A DNA stretch of 63,863 nucleotides, counting the filler, from Reclinomonas americana ATCC 50394 (Eukaryota), in the NCBI GenBank assembly GCA_048213135.1. It is 17 parts of 17 records of this genome, joined end to end, with 100 filler letters (N's around TTAATTAATTAA, not from the genome) between each part and the next. Parts side by side here need not be neighbours in the genome. Positions count along the whole stretch, not along the records: positions 1 to 1,868 come from AFZH01021232.1; positions 1,969 to 5,642 come from AFZH01021234.1; positions 5,743 to 6,928 come from AFZH01021236.1; positions 7,029 to 11,568 come from AFZH01021237.1; positions 11,669 to 15,627 come from AFZH01021238.1; 12 more parts are not named here. One strand, given 5' to 3'. This document shows, in pieces, positions 1 through 11,669 of the stretch (positions are counted from its first letter, which is position 1; the number at the start of each line of letters is the position of its first letter). The position numbers and the translations under genes are program-made. The notes beneath the pieces are model-generated. The model saw nothing but the letters and a program-made list of their open reading frames with translations, did no database searches and was not told where the DNA came from.

Positions 1-198
1 TGGTGAGGGGTTGGAGAGCGCACGCACTGTGCGTGTGTGTGTGTGTGTGTTGGTGTCAGAGTGTGTGTGTCCTGTGCGTGTGTTTTTTGTTTGTTCGTGT
101 GGGATGATCCGCTGCGACGTCTTGCTTTCCGTGTGGAGTAGACGCGTGTGCGGGGGGGAGAGGAGAATTTGGCAGCGGAGAATCAGGCGGCGGAGGGG

Positions 199-570
199 TG
201 ACGTCGACGTCGACGTCGCGACGTTTGTTTGCCAACAACAACAATTCATTCACCAACAAACAAGCAACACCTGTCTTGATGATCAAGTTCAACCGTATCC
301 AAAACATCAACACAGACACCAATCTTGAGGCAGCAGCAGGTTCCTTGTGTGTGTGTGTTCGAATTCGTTCTCGGAGCTCCGAACAAGTCGAGAACTGCGA
401 TCTTCACCGCATAAGCGTGGTTGACCAGTGGATTTGACGCACTTGCATAGACGCATAACGTTTTCTGCGATCGTACACGGCACATCGAATTCGGGAAAAG
501 GCCATAAGCCAGGCAAACAAAGCAAAGCCGGGTCCGGATCCGTGAAGCAGGCAAAGCAAAAGCAAACAGT
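199..570 (-). repeat. Left arm of a long inverted repeat; copy 1 of a dispersed ~370-bp element
   Basis: Reverse complement of ~1067-1437: caaagcaaagccgggtccggatcc vs ggatccggacccggctttgctttg, and ctcggagctccgaacaagtcgagaactgcgatcttcaccgcataagcgtggttgaccagtggatttgacgcac matches exactly. The outer end has GACGTC palindromes. Confidence 0.9.
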
Positions 571-1066
571 GGTGTCGTACGTTGGTGGCGTGGTTGAAAC
601 AGAAGAGAGCTTGTCATGTTGTTGGTGAGGCTCATATCGGTGGTGGCTGGTGGTGGGCGCAGTTGTTGTTGTTGTTGTTGTTGTTGTCATTGTTGTCGCA
701 GCAGTGATTTAGCCAACCATCAACACAAACACCGCGACAGCCGCATATTTTACTTTTATGTGCCCTCTCGCAGCGCAGATAAGTTGATCTGCATCGCGTA
801 ACAGCTAGCGTGGCTGGACAGCTGATCCGAATTCGAACTTTAAATTTTCCGGATTGCTTGCATTGGCGTTGGCCTCTTGTGTTCTACTTCATAAACGCGG
901 ATGCTACGACTCAACTACCTTGTGTCACGGATCCGACCTGGCTTAGCTGTGATTTTCTAACGCGCTTTCTCTTGGAATTGCGTTCAACTTCATCAATTGC
1001 TCACGGATCTAAACTGGCTTTGCTTCGTTTGCTTGACGGCCTTGTGACGCACTTGCTCGCTTGCTC

Positions 1067-1437
1067 AACTGTTTTTGCTTTGCCTGCTTTTCGGATCCGG
1101 ACCCGGCTTTGCTTTGTTTGCCTGGCTTATGGCCTTTTCCCGAATTCGATGTGCCGTGTACGATCGCAGAAAACGCTACTATGCGTCTATGCAAGTGCGT
1201 CAAATCCACTGGTCAACCACGCTTATGCGGTGAAGATCGCAGTTCTCGACTTGTTCGGAGCTCCGAGAGCGAACACACACACACACACACACAAGGAACC
1301 TGCTGCTGCCTCAAGGCAGGTGTCTGTGTTGATGCTTTGGATTCGGTTGAACTTGGTCATCAAGACAGCTGTTGCTTGTTTGTTGGTGAATGAATTAATT
1401 TGTTGTACTGTACGTCGCGATATCGATATCGATCGAC
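1067..1437 (+). repeat. Right arm of the inverted repeat; copy 2 of the dispersed element
   Basis: Near-identical reverse complement of 199-570. ORFs 246-635(-) and 810-1460(+) translate to almost the same peptide. Confidence 0.9.
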
Positions 1438-1677
1438 TTTCTCACGTTCCCTCTCCGTGATGTCTGATCATGAGGTCTGTTGCTCACTCAAGATGGTCAT
1501 CACACTGCAGCTGCGTTGCCTTTTGGTTTCGTAAAGGTCGAAAGTCATGTGCACACACTTGGACATCAGTGCGTCCAATTGTCCAAGACAACAACTTTTC
1601 CACTGTGTTCAGTGAGCGAACACTCACAACTTCTCTTTCTCACACTTGAATTCAGTGTTATCCTCCTCAACTTGATC

Positions 1678-4600
1678 ATGGCCAGTGGCAGCAGTGCAGA
1701 CGATGTGATGGAGATTGATGGATCTTATGGAGGCATGCATAATCAAAAACTCACAGACACACACAATGAGAGAGAGAGAGAGAATGAGAGAGAGAGAGAG
1801 AGTGTACTTTTGTTGCTGCGTGAGTCTTTGAGAGAGAGAGAGAGTGGTAGGAAGGAAAAAGATGCGCANNNNNNNNNNNNNNNNNNNNNNNNNNNNNNNN
1901 NNNNNNNNNNNNTTAATTAATTAANNNNNNNNNNNNNNNNNNNNNNNNNNNNNNNNNNNNNNNNNNNNCCCTTCCCTTCTCCCGTCCCTTCCCTCCTCCC
2001 GTCCCTTCCCTCCTCCCGTCCCTTCCCTCCTCCCGTCCCTTCCCTCCTCCCGTCCCTTCCCTTCCCTCTCCTTTCCTTCTCCTCCCCTTCCCCTCCACTT
2101 CCCCTCTCCCTTCCCTTCCCCTTCTCCTCCCTTCCCCTTTTCCTTCCCCTTCTCATCCTCTCCCCCATCACAGCGCCTGCACTCTGCTCGCGCAAATCCT
2201 CCTCCCCGTGATGATGTTCGCCCCGGGACCCACCACCGCTCGGTTACTCGGCGGCACCAATGCCATCATGGCCCCGCCAGTGGACGAGTACATTGCGGTA
2301 CGTCATGTTCACCCGTTACTTCTGGAGTATACCACGTCTCTCATGTGCCCCGATCGCAGGTGTTTGGTCGCCACCTGCCGCCCTTTGGCATCGATGTGCA
2401 AATCAACTTGGTTCGCCGGTGCGTCTTTGAACCCACATGTCGCTTCTTCTTGTTCACTTCTCACATCTTGCCTGCCACAGTGGCTTCTTCCCGCGCGGTG
2501 GTGGCGAGATTCAGATCCTCGCCGTGCCCCCGTCGCTGCCACTGCACGCCATCAACCTCACCGAGTTTGGCGTCGTGAAGCGCGTGTGGGGTCACGCGTT
2601 TGTCGGCGGCAAGCTGCCGTCACACATTGCCGATCGCATGTCGAAGGAGGCGGAGAAGACCATTCGCCGGCGCATCAAGGGGGTAAGAAAAGGAGAAGAG
2701 AGAAGACAGAGAGAGAGAGAAGCGAAGAAAAGAGATCGGAGAGGGAGGAGAGAGAGAAGAAAAGGAGAATTGAAGCAATTGTAAGAGGCGGATGAAGGAG
2801 AGGGGAAAGAAAAAGAACGAGAGAACTTGAGCATACAAGAATGGGAAAGGCAGAAGCGAGAAGTCGAGCGAGAGAGAAAAAGAGAGAAAGCGAGAGAGTG
2901 GACTGAAAAAAGGAGTGCATGGAGGTAATGGGGAGATGACAGACAGACACCGACAGAATGTTGACGAGAATGGAAACCGAGAAAATAGTGTGCCCGTGAT
3001 TGAGAGAGGGGCGGAAATGGGAGGAAGCGAAAGAGTGAGGAGGAAAGACGGGAACAGAGAGAGAGAAAGAATGGAGGAAAATGGAAGGCGAGAAATCGAG
3101 AATATCGATGGACAATGGGAACCGAGAAATAAGTGTACTCGGGAGGAAGCGATAGAATGAGGAGGAAAGACGGACACCGAGGAAGATTGAGAGGGGCGAG
3201 AGAAATCAGAGAAACCGATAGGAGAAGTGCGCGCGTGCAAGTGGCAGAGCTATAGTGAGAGGATGCGAAACAGAATGGAGGAAAGACGAATGTGAGAGTG
3301 ATTGGGAGTGTGAGCGGGATTGGCAAAGACAGAGAGAATCGGGAGGCGAGAAGGAGAAAGAGACAGCGAGAATGGGAGGAAGAGAGTGAAGCGGTGACTT
3401 AATTGTCTCTGTTACTGTTCGCCTCACTTTAGTGTGCAGGTGGAGGTCGACGTTGTGACGGACCACGACCCGAACACGGATAGCCCTGGAGCTGGCATCA
3501 GGTGCGAAGCAACCTTTTTCAAGAATGGGCTATCAATGTTGTCTCTCCCACTCATTCTTTGCTCGTGTTGCCCTCCTGCACATAAGCAGATATAGTTAGA
3601 GAGGCGAGAGGACGCACTTTGCTTTTGGTTTTCTTGTTGACCCGTTCTCGTTCCTCTTGCCCTCCTCACTCGCTTGTTCTCTCTTTTCCTCCACCCTCAC
3701 TTCTTGTATCCCGCACCCCGAAAGGCCTTCTACCTTTTCGCCTGACCCTTTCCACCAGTTCTGACCTCATCCTCTCTTTTCCTGCTCCTTGCCATCCTCA
3801 CACTTCTTCCCTCTCCTCCTGGGGTCATTTTCACTCCTTTTCCTCTTCCCTTCCTCCATGTCTTCTCACCTCGAGTCATGCCTCTTTTCTCCCTTTCCTT
3901 CCCTTCTATCCCTCCCTCCTTCCCCGTCTCTTCTTTATTCTCCTTCTTTTGTCCTTCTCTTCAGCGTTTCCATCCTCTCCTGTTTCGCCCTGTTTCTTCC
4001 CTTTTCCTCTCCGATTCCCATTTCCCCTTTCCCCTTACCTCCCTTCCCTTCTCTTCTCTCCCTCCCTCCTTCCCCGTCTCTTCTTTATTCTCCTTCTTTT
4101 GTCCTTCTCTTCACCGTTTCCATCCTCTCCTGTTTCTTTCCTCTTCTCTTTTCCTCTCCCCTTCCCCTTTCCCTTTCTCCTTCTCCCTCACTCTCCCCCC
4201 TTCTCCCTCCGCGCAGCCTCTACTGCGAAACCTCCACCGGCTGCATGCTCGGCGCCAACGTCATTGGCGAGCGCGGCGTCTCCTCCGAGGACGTGGCCTC
4301 GAACTGCGTCGACAAGCTGGTGACGCAGATTCTCTCCGGCGGTTGCGTCGACGAGCACGTGCAGGACCAGCTCATCATTTTCATGGCGCTGGCCGAGGGT
4401 TTGTTCTCTCCTTATCCTCCCTCCCACAGAGAAGCACCCTTTTCTCACATCTCTGCAGGCACTTCGCGTCTGCGCACGGGTCCTCTGACGGAGCACACTC
4501 GCACCGCCATTCACTTTTGCGAGATGATGACTGGAGTTGCGTGCTTCCCTGGAAGTGCAGCGCGCAGTGCAGTTGATGCTAACCACGCGATGGGCAGGCT

Positions 4601-4681
4601 CGCTTCACGGTCACTCCCGACGCCGAGACGTTTATCATTGAGGCCGAGGGCATTGCGTACCGCGGTCGACCGGCAGAGTAA
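1678..4681 (+). CDS. RTCA: RNA 3'-terminal phosphate cyclase (multi-exon, spans a gap)
   Basis: Exons encode MEIDGSYG, LLGGTNAIMAPPVD, GFFPRGGGEI, GGCVDEHVQDQLIIFMALAEG, TGPLTEHTRTAI and IIEAEGIAY. Introns are GT-AG; stop TAA at 4679-4681. Confidence 0.9.
1869..1967. other. Artificial scaffold spacer N..TTAATTAATTAA..N (one of many)
   Basis: An identical spacer with stops in all frames recurs at every gap. Genes (RTCA, MPP10) continue collinearly across it. Confidence 0.95.
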
Positions 4682-4822
4682 GGCTGCGCAGGGGAAGCGT
4701 GATAGATCTGGGGTTTGCGAATGAAGTTTGTGTTCCGTCGTGGACTCAACTGCGCCTCTCTTCCCTGCATCCGATGTCGATGGTAGTTGTGATTCGCCGC
4801 TTCCTGCTGCTGACGCTGATAT

Positions 4823-5130
4823 GTGAAACCAGACATTGTAGATGTGACCGTGCCGTACCCGAAGGACGAAGAGGAGGCGTTGCAGAAGGCGTACGACCGC
4901 AAGTTGGCGCAGTATGCCGAGCTGGTGGAGAAGATCCGAACACACACTGGAGCGATGGTTACGTACGTGCCGATTGTTTTCAGCCAAGGTTTGAACGTGT
5001 GCACAGACTACCCGGGCGTCGCTGAAGAAGATGGGCATTGAGAGCGGCCAACTGCGCCGAGTGGTGGACAGGTGCTGCGTGGAGATCCTGCGGGCGGACT
5101 ATGCGATGTTCGCTTTCCGCTGTGCTGGTG
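4823..5130 (+). mobile_element. Degraded 3' fragment of an RLE-type (R2/NeSL/CRE-like) non-LTR retrotransposon
   Basis: KPDI/VDVTVPY...AYDRKLAQY...YVPIVFSQG, then after a frameshift TRASLKKMGI...VDRCCVEILR. This fits the restriction-like endonuclease PD..D..P...K..Y..P pattern. No RT is present. Confidence 0.65.
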
Positions 5131-5742
5131 GAAAACAGGCTCAAAACCAGAACCAAGCAACCATCTCCCACCTCAGAGCAATTAGAACCATTGCGTCGCT
5201 ACTGCAGCACCCAGCTTCAACGAGTTCAGCGTCAACGTTGGCCGCTGACACTATTTGCGCCATGAAATCCTTTCGAGGCCAACACGCGTTTGATTGGCCT
5301 TGCCTCCTGATGACTGTTGGAGAAGAGTAATTATGTGTATTGTATATTGTTGGTGTACCAAGCTCATTGTAGACATGGTTGCTCGAACGTCGACCAAGCA
5401 TTGCGACGCCTCCTTGAAGAAATCGAAAACACGCATCCTGCACCCTCTCCCCACGCCCCAGACGCATTATATAACGCCCACACACCTCTCGATATCTCGC
5501 CTTCCGTCCTACACGCGCAACTTTACCGGCAGGACACGCAGAGACAAGTCTTGCAGGATTCGTCGATGAGGTGTGCACCCACTCTCTCACTCTCTTGTCA
5601 CTATACTCTGTCTCACTCTCTCTCCCCCCCTTCCCTCCTCCCNNNNNNNNNNNNNNNNNNNNNNNNNNNNNNNNNNNNNNNNNNNNTTAATTAATTAANN
5701 NNNNNNNNNNNNNNNNNNNNNNNNNNNNNNNNNNNNNNNNNN

Positions 5743-6434
5743 GTTGTCCGCCGGAGGTGGTACACGCCGTCACCCATGAGGATCAATCCACGGTGCTGCA
5801 CTACGCGGCGATGAATGGTCGCGAACCGATGGTGCGCCTTCTCGCCACTCGCTACCCCGATCTCGTTTCCGCGATCAACAGGGCGGGCAAGACGGCGGCC
5901 GAGGTGGCGCGCGACAGCGGCCGGGGGCATGTGGCGGAGATTCTCGACGGGAGCCACTGGGTGTTGTCGCCGCAGTCACCGCAGCGCCAGCTGCAGCCGC
6001 AGTCTCCAACTTCTCCACTACCGCGATTACGTGCGTCTTTCGTGAAGCAGTGTGTGCCTTTTATTGAACTGACGGTTGTGCGTGGGCAGTGGCAGTGTCG
6101 TCCCCTCAACAGGTGAGCGTTGTTGTTAATATGATCACATTGTGTGTGTCGCTTCAACCAGTTCATCTCATGTGCTGGCAGGGAGGACAGTACGGGGGTG
6201 CAGATGTGCACGCTCACGTTGCTCAGCTTCAGCGCGACCTGGCCTCCGCACGAGAGGAGCGCGAGCAGCAGCAACGCGAGAGGGATCGAGAGCGGCGGGA
6301 GCATGGCGATACGGTGGCTGAGCTGCAGCGTATGGTCGCCCAACTGCAGCGTGCCCTCGCTGAAGAGCAGCAAAGAGTGGCGCAGCTGCAGCGAGTTGTC
6401 GCCGAGCTGCAGCAAGGAGGTGCACAGGAGAGGT
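5743..6434 (+). CDS. Ankyrin-repeat + coiled-coil protein segment (5' end in or before the gap)
   Basis: STVLHYAAMNGREPMVRLLA...NRAGKTAAEVA is ankyrin-like. The next exon is a heptad coil, VAELQRMVAQLQRALAEEQQR. Confidence 0.7.
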
Positions 6435-7028
6435 AGTGAACTGGTCAGGTGCTGTCTGTCTCGAGTTGAATCCGGTGCACAGATCATTCGAGTGTCGTTG
6501 GGCATCGCGAGCAGAGTGATGGACGAGTGACTGACTGACCGTCGACGGATTCACACGCGGAACAAGCATCACCGACGTTGATATCTTCGACGTTGTGTCG
6601 AAATCATTGAATCTCACACAGACGCACTCTCAGCAATGCACCTCTCCCACCCACCATGCACACGTCTACGTTCCACACCTCTCTTACACTCGTCGTCGAA
6701 GCAACTTCCCGTCCGCTCATGACCAGGACGAATCGAGTCACGCACACTCCGCCCTCATCCACGCACGCACGCAGAGACCGCTTGTGTGTTTACTCACGAG
6801 AGACGGAGAACAAGCGCGACCTCATCTGCACCCCTTCAACCCCGCGCAAACATGAAGTCTGTTGTCCTTTGTCAGACTCTTTCCCCCCTTCTCTTCCCTC
6901 ACACACACACACTCTCTCTGTCACCACCNNNNNNNNNNNNNNNNNNNNNNNNNNNNNNNNNNNNNNNNNNNNTTAATTAATTAANNNNNNNNNNNNNNNN
7001 NNNNNNNNNNNNNNNNNNNNNNNNNNNN

Positions 7029-9650
7029 CGGCGCCGAGGCGATCGTGCGCTTCCTGGCCACTGAGTACTACGATCTGATTGGTATGGTCAATGCCGAGGG
7101 AAAGACGGCGGCGCACATGGCGCGTGATTGCTCTGCGGTGCAGGTGGCCGAGCTGCTGGAGCGGCTTGCCGCGCAGCCGCCGCCACCACGACGACGGCGA
7201 CAGGGTGCGTGCGCCTTTTGTCTCTTTTTGTGAGAAAACCCACTGTGTCGCTGACTGCCGGTACAGCTGCACCGGTATATGAGGACCTCGATCTTTTGTC
7301 TCGTTGATGCACTCACCAGCGTTTCCATGTGCATAGGTGGTCGACGAGGCGGCAGTGGCACGACAGCTCGCCGACAAGGACACGCTCATTGCCCAGCTTC
7401 AGCACGATGTCGCCGCCGCGCAGCAGGAGCGCGCACAGCAGCAGCGTGTGTTGGAGCGACGAGTCGAGCAGCAGCGGCAGGAGCACGAGGACATTGTGGC
7501 GCAGCTGCAGCGTGCAGTCAACGATCTGCAGCGTGCCGTCGCCGAGGGCCAGCAGAGGAATGGCGAGCTGCAGCGAACCAACACGGAATGGCAACGAGCG
7601 CACGCTGCAGTGGAGCAGCGCAGTGTTCAGCTGCAGCGTGATATGGAGCAGTTGACGAGGACAGTGGAGCAGCATGCAGCCGCGCGAGAGGCACTCGAGC
7701 AGGCCCTCGGAGCGGAACAGCAGCGAACTGCCGATCTCACCAGCGAACTGACCTCCCTCCGTGGTGAGATCGTCGTCCACCACTTTCTCTCCTCACGCGA
7801 AAGAATAGCTCACTTTCCAATTCTTTCAATGCAGCCTCAAAACTCTCTCGTCTGCGTGAGTACGCGTGGGAGGACGTGGTGATGGCCACCGAGTCATTTT
7901 GTGCTCGGTTGAAGGCCGGAGGGGGCGGTCAGGGTGAGGTGTACCTGTGCGTTCTCATCGACGAAGATGTGGCCATCAAGCGACTGGATAGCACCGCACC
8001 TTGGGTGGACAAGTCGTACAATGCGGAGGTGCGCGGGTGGGAAAAGTAGCATGGAGGAAAGAGACTCACTCTTTGATTTCTGTCAGTTGAACACCATCGG
8101 ACAACTGCGTCACCGTCGGCTTGTTCCGTTGCTCGGGTACTCTTTGCAAGCGGACGGCGATGCTGTGAGAGAGCGATGTTTGGTGTATCGAGCCATGCGG
8201 TTCGTGGATCGGGTGTGATGAGCGCGACATCTCCATGCTGACTGCGTTTCACAGTGGCCAGGATCTGGAAGTGCGTCTGCTGCAGCGCAAACCGGGTATG
8301 CTGCCGCTGACGATGGTGGAGCGTGTGCACATTGGTCTCGGTATCGCCGAGGGAGTGTGCTTCTTGCATCAGGTGCGTGGGTGATAGAGGCTGTGTGCAG
8401 AGGAGAGGGTGTTCTCGTTTCAGTCATGTTGTGTGATCCTCTCGTCGTGATCTTTTGGCTCCACTGCGTCAGGCAGATACTGAGTCGAAAGGGCGCGGCC
8501 TTGCTTCTCTCTCTGTTTCTCTCTCTCTCTCTCTCTCCTTTCCTTGTTTCTCGCACCCTTTGTGTATACAGGTCATCTTCCTGTCCTCTTCATGTCCCTT
8601 CATCCAACACTCTCTCAGTCTCTATCTATCTCGCTCTCCTGCATTTTGTCTTTCTCCCTCTTGCTCTCTTCTCTTTATCTCAATCTTTGTGTTACTTTTT
8701 GTGCATCCAATCTGCTTCCCTCTCACTTCGAGCTCCTTCTCTTTCTCTCTTTCTCTGCGTCATAACTTATTTCATTCTCAATGTCTCCCTGCACTCTCCA
8801 TCTCACATCAGTCCTCTATGTTTCTCTGTTTCTCTGTCTCTCTCACGCACTCACACTCGCTCCTCGTTGTCTTGCTTTCATTTTCTGTCCCTGTTATCTC
8901 TCTCCTCTTGCAGTGTCTCGCTGCCTTTTCTCTTCTCCTCTCTCATTATTCATTCTGCTGACCATCTCCATCCCTCTTCTTTTCTCCAACTTCCTCTCCC
9001 GCAGAACGGCGTGATCCACCGCGACCTCAAGCCACCCAACATTCTCCTCGACAACCACTGTGAGCCGCGACTCGGCGACTTTGGCATTGCGCGCATTTTC
9101 CATCCCGACGAGGTGACCCTTGACCGCTCGGCTTTTTGCACTCTTTTTGCCTCTCACCCCTTGTCCCTCTTCAGACACATCGCCGCACCGTCAACCAAGA
9201 AGGCACGCCATTCTACACCGACCCTCTTTTTGTGCAAACATGCGAGATCCGCCCGGCCATGGACATGTACGCGTTCGGCGTGATTCTCTTGCAGCTGTTG
9301 ACAGGCCGCGATGCGCGCACCGTGATTGCGCAGGCGAGGGAGTGGGAGCGCTCGATCGCCACGGTCGACGCGGTGGCGCAGGCCGACCGAGACGCGGGCG
9401 AGTGGCCGGTGAGGGTGGCGCGTGGCTTGTTGCGACTCGGAGTGCAGTTGCGTGGGGTGGGGAAGGGAGAGATGACAGAGGGATGTGGAGCTTTGGACAT
9501 TGTGCTTGTTCTGCGGAGACAGCTCACTTTATGTGTGCGCCCAGGTGCATGTCATTGTCTGCGGAGAGGCCGTCGTCAGAGGATGCCATGATGGTGATGC
9601 AGGAATTGCGGGAGGGCTTGGGCGGCTTGCGTCGTGGTGGTGAGAGATGA
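7029..9650 (+). CDS. Ankyrin + coiled-coil + IRAK/RLK-Pelle-like protein kinase (multi-exon)
   Basis: Ankyrin IVRFLA..NAEGKTAAHMA, then a long coiled coil. Kinase motifs: REYAWEDVVMATESF, GGGGQGEVY, VAIKRL, LRHRRLVPLLGY, IHRDLKPPNILLD, LGDFGIAR, GTPFYTDP, DMYAFGVILLQLLTG, AGEWP, ERPS. Stop TGA at 9648-9650. Confidence 0.85.
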
Positions 9651-10105
9651 AAAAGGGGAATGAATAACGCGTTTCGAGATGATCGCTTGTGTGCGATGGG
9701 TAACTGCATCGATATCTTTGGGATTGCAGCAAGGTACGTGCAATGTTGTGTGACGTTCGACCTCACCGCCCCTCACAGAGCAATTGCCTTGATAGCCCCC
9801 CTCTGTCTTCAATTTCGTCTCGAGCCGTGGATTCCCTTGCGACATGCCAGCACTGGTTGATTCTGGGACATCTTCGCTCCAAGTGGTTGTCTCTGGAGTA
9901 CCAGACCCGTGAGATATCTCAGTTGGTGGGGCTCAATATGTACGAGGAGACCACCCATGCTGTGGTATTGCTCCGTGGATCAGCATTGGTCGAGCCAGAA
10001 ACGCCGCTTGCTCACTCAGACTGGTGACATCCATGCGTCCGTGTCACTTACTGGATTAGTACCGGTGTTGCTAACGTTGTCAAACCATGGGTACAATCCA
10101 CACAG

Positions 10106-10330
10106 TTCAACCACGCTCATGCGGTGAAGATCGCAGTTCTCGACTTGTTCGGAGCTCCGAGAGCGAACACACACACACGCACACACAGGAACCTGCTGCT
10201 GCCTCAAGATTGGTGTCTGTGTGGATACGGCTGAACTTGGTCACCACAGCTGTGGGTTGTTTGCTGGTGAATGATGGTGCCTTCCAACAGCTGATTTTCA
10301 CTGCGTCATAGAAACGTTGACGTCGACGTC
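10106..10330 (+). repeat. Copy 3 (partial) of the dispersed element
   Basis: tcaaccacgctcatgcggtgaagatcgcagttctcgacttgttcggagctccgagagcgaacacac...ggaacctgctgctgcctcaag matches ~1213-1315. The copy ends in gacgtcgacgtc. Confidence 0.88.
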
Positions 10331-10490
10331 AGCTCAAGCACATTTCGACTTCCTCTCGCACTGCATCTGCGAGCTATCAGTTTCCAGTGCTCCCTCAAGT
10401 CACTGCTGCTGGTCTCCACGCAGTCTTATGACACAGTAAAGTCGCCATGAGTGAGTTGTCCTCGTCGACAAGTCCCGCTTGCAATCACAC

Positions 10491-10858
10491 ATGGTGAGCT
10501 CCTTCTCCCTCTCCCCCTCCCTTCTCCCTCTCCTCACCTCCCTTCCCTCCTCACACAGTCGCGCACCCTCACCCTCGTCACCCGCTCCCACCCCTCCTGC
10601 TCCCTCTGCGACGCCGCCAAACTCGTCTTGCGCGGCACACTCAACACACACAATCGCTTCGTCGACGCCTCGCGCCGCATCGAACTGCGCCAAGTTGACT
10701 TGGCCGCCTCCTCCACAGCCGCCGAGTGGACGGAAAAGTACGCAAACGACATTCCCGTGTTGCTGCTCGACGGACAGGAGATTTTCCGACATCGCGTCGA
10801 TGGGAAGGCGTTGTGGAATGCACTGCGCTCTGCCTCTGCTCGGAGGACGAGGACATGA
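10491..10858 (+). CDS. Glutaredoxin-like protein (DUF836 / YDR286C-C5orf63 type)
   Basis: ATG|gtgagc intron (10494-10558), then SRTLTLVTRSHPSCSLCDAAK...VDL...WTEKYANDIPVLLLDG..IFRHRVD. CxxC and IPV motifs are present. Confidence 0.8.
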
Positions 10859-10869
10859 GTAATGATGAT

Positions 10870-11545
10870 GGTGATTGTTGTATTGTATATGGATTCACTT
10901 GGAGCGAGTCTCTGGGAGAGAGGTTTACTTGCCCGTTGTCTGCTCGGGCGATGATAGCTGACGATTGTTGCATTGCATGGGCTCATTCTCACCTCTTCTC
11001 CCTGCTGCCTCTGCCTCTGCACGGTGATTGACTTTGTTGTATTGTATGCCCTCACTCTTGCCGCTTCTGCCGGCGACCGTTCTTCACTTGCCTGTTGTCG
11101 TTCTGTGATCGATTCGTCAGCCTCTCCCATTCTGCCCTGACGATAGACAACTGAGTTGTATGAACTCGTTCTTACCTCTCCTCCCTGCTGCCTCTGCCTC
11201 TGCACGGTGATTGACTCTTGTTGTATTGTGTGGACTCACTCTTACCTCTTCTCCCTGCGTTGTCGTTCTTTGACCGATTCGCCGGTGGTGGATGACGATT
11301 GTTCTATCGTTTTGAATTCAACGCTCGCCTCTTCTCCCCACTGCCTCTGCCCGGACGATGATGACTGACGATATGGACCCTTCTCCCTTTGCTTCACTTG
11401 CTCCTGGCCGCTTGGCGATCGATTTCTCCCAGTCTGCCCTGAATAATGATGGAGTTTTATGAACTCACTCTTTGCCCCTTCTCCCTGCTGCCTCTACCGC
11501 TGGGCGTTGCTGATTGATGATTATTGTATTGCGTGGACTCACTCT
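10870..11545. repeat. Degenerate minisatellite (~60-130-nt units)
   Basis: Recurrent ttgttgtattg..ggactcactct..ctccctgctgcctctgcctctgcacggtgattgac. Confidence 0.75.
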
Positions 11546-11669
11546 TTCTTCTTCTTCTTCTTCTTCTTNNNNNNNNNNNNNNNNNNNNNNNNNNNNNNNN
11601 NNNNNNNNNNNNTTAATTAATTAANNNNNNNNNNNNNNNNNNNNNNNNNNNNNNNNNNNNNNNNNNNNC

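Noticed and set aside
810..1460. 216-aa ORF overlapping the inverted repeat as a transposase
   Set aside because: No DDE or other recognisable motif; it reads through a CA microsatellite.
1913..1924. Recurrent TTAATTAATTAA palindrome
   Set aside because: Always embedded in fixed-length N runs; it is an artificial all-frame-stop scaffold linker.
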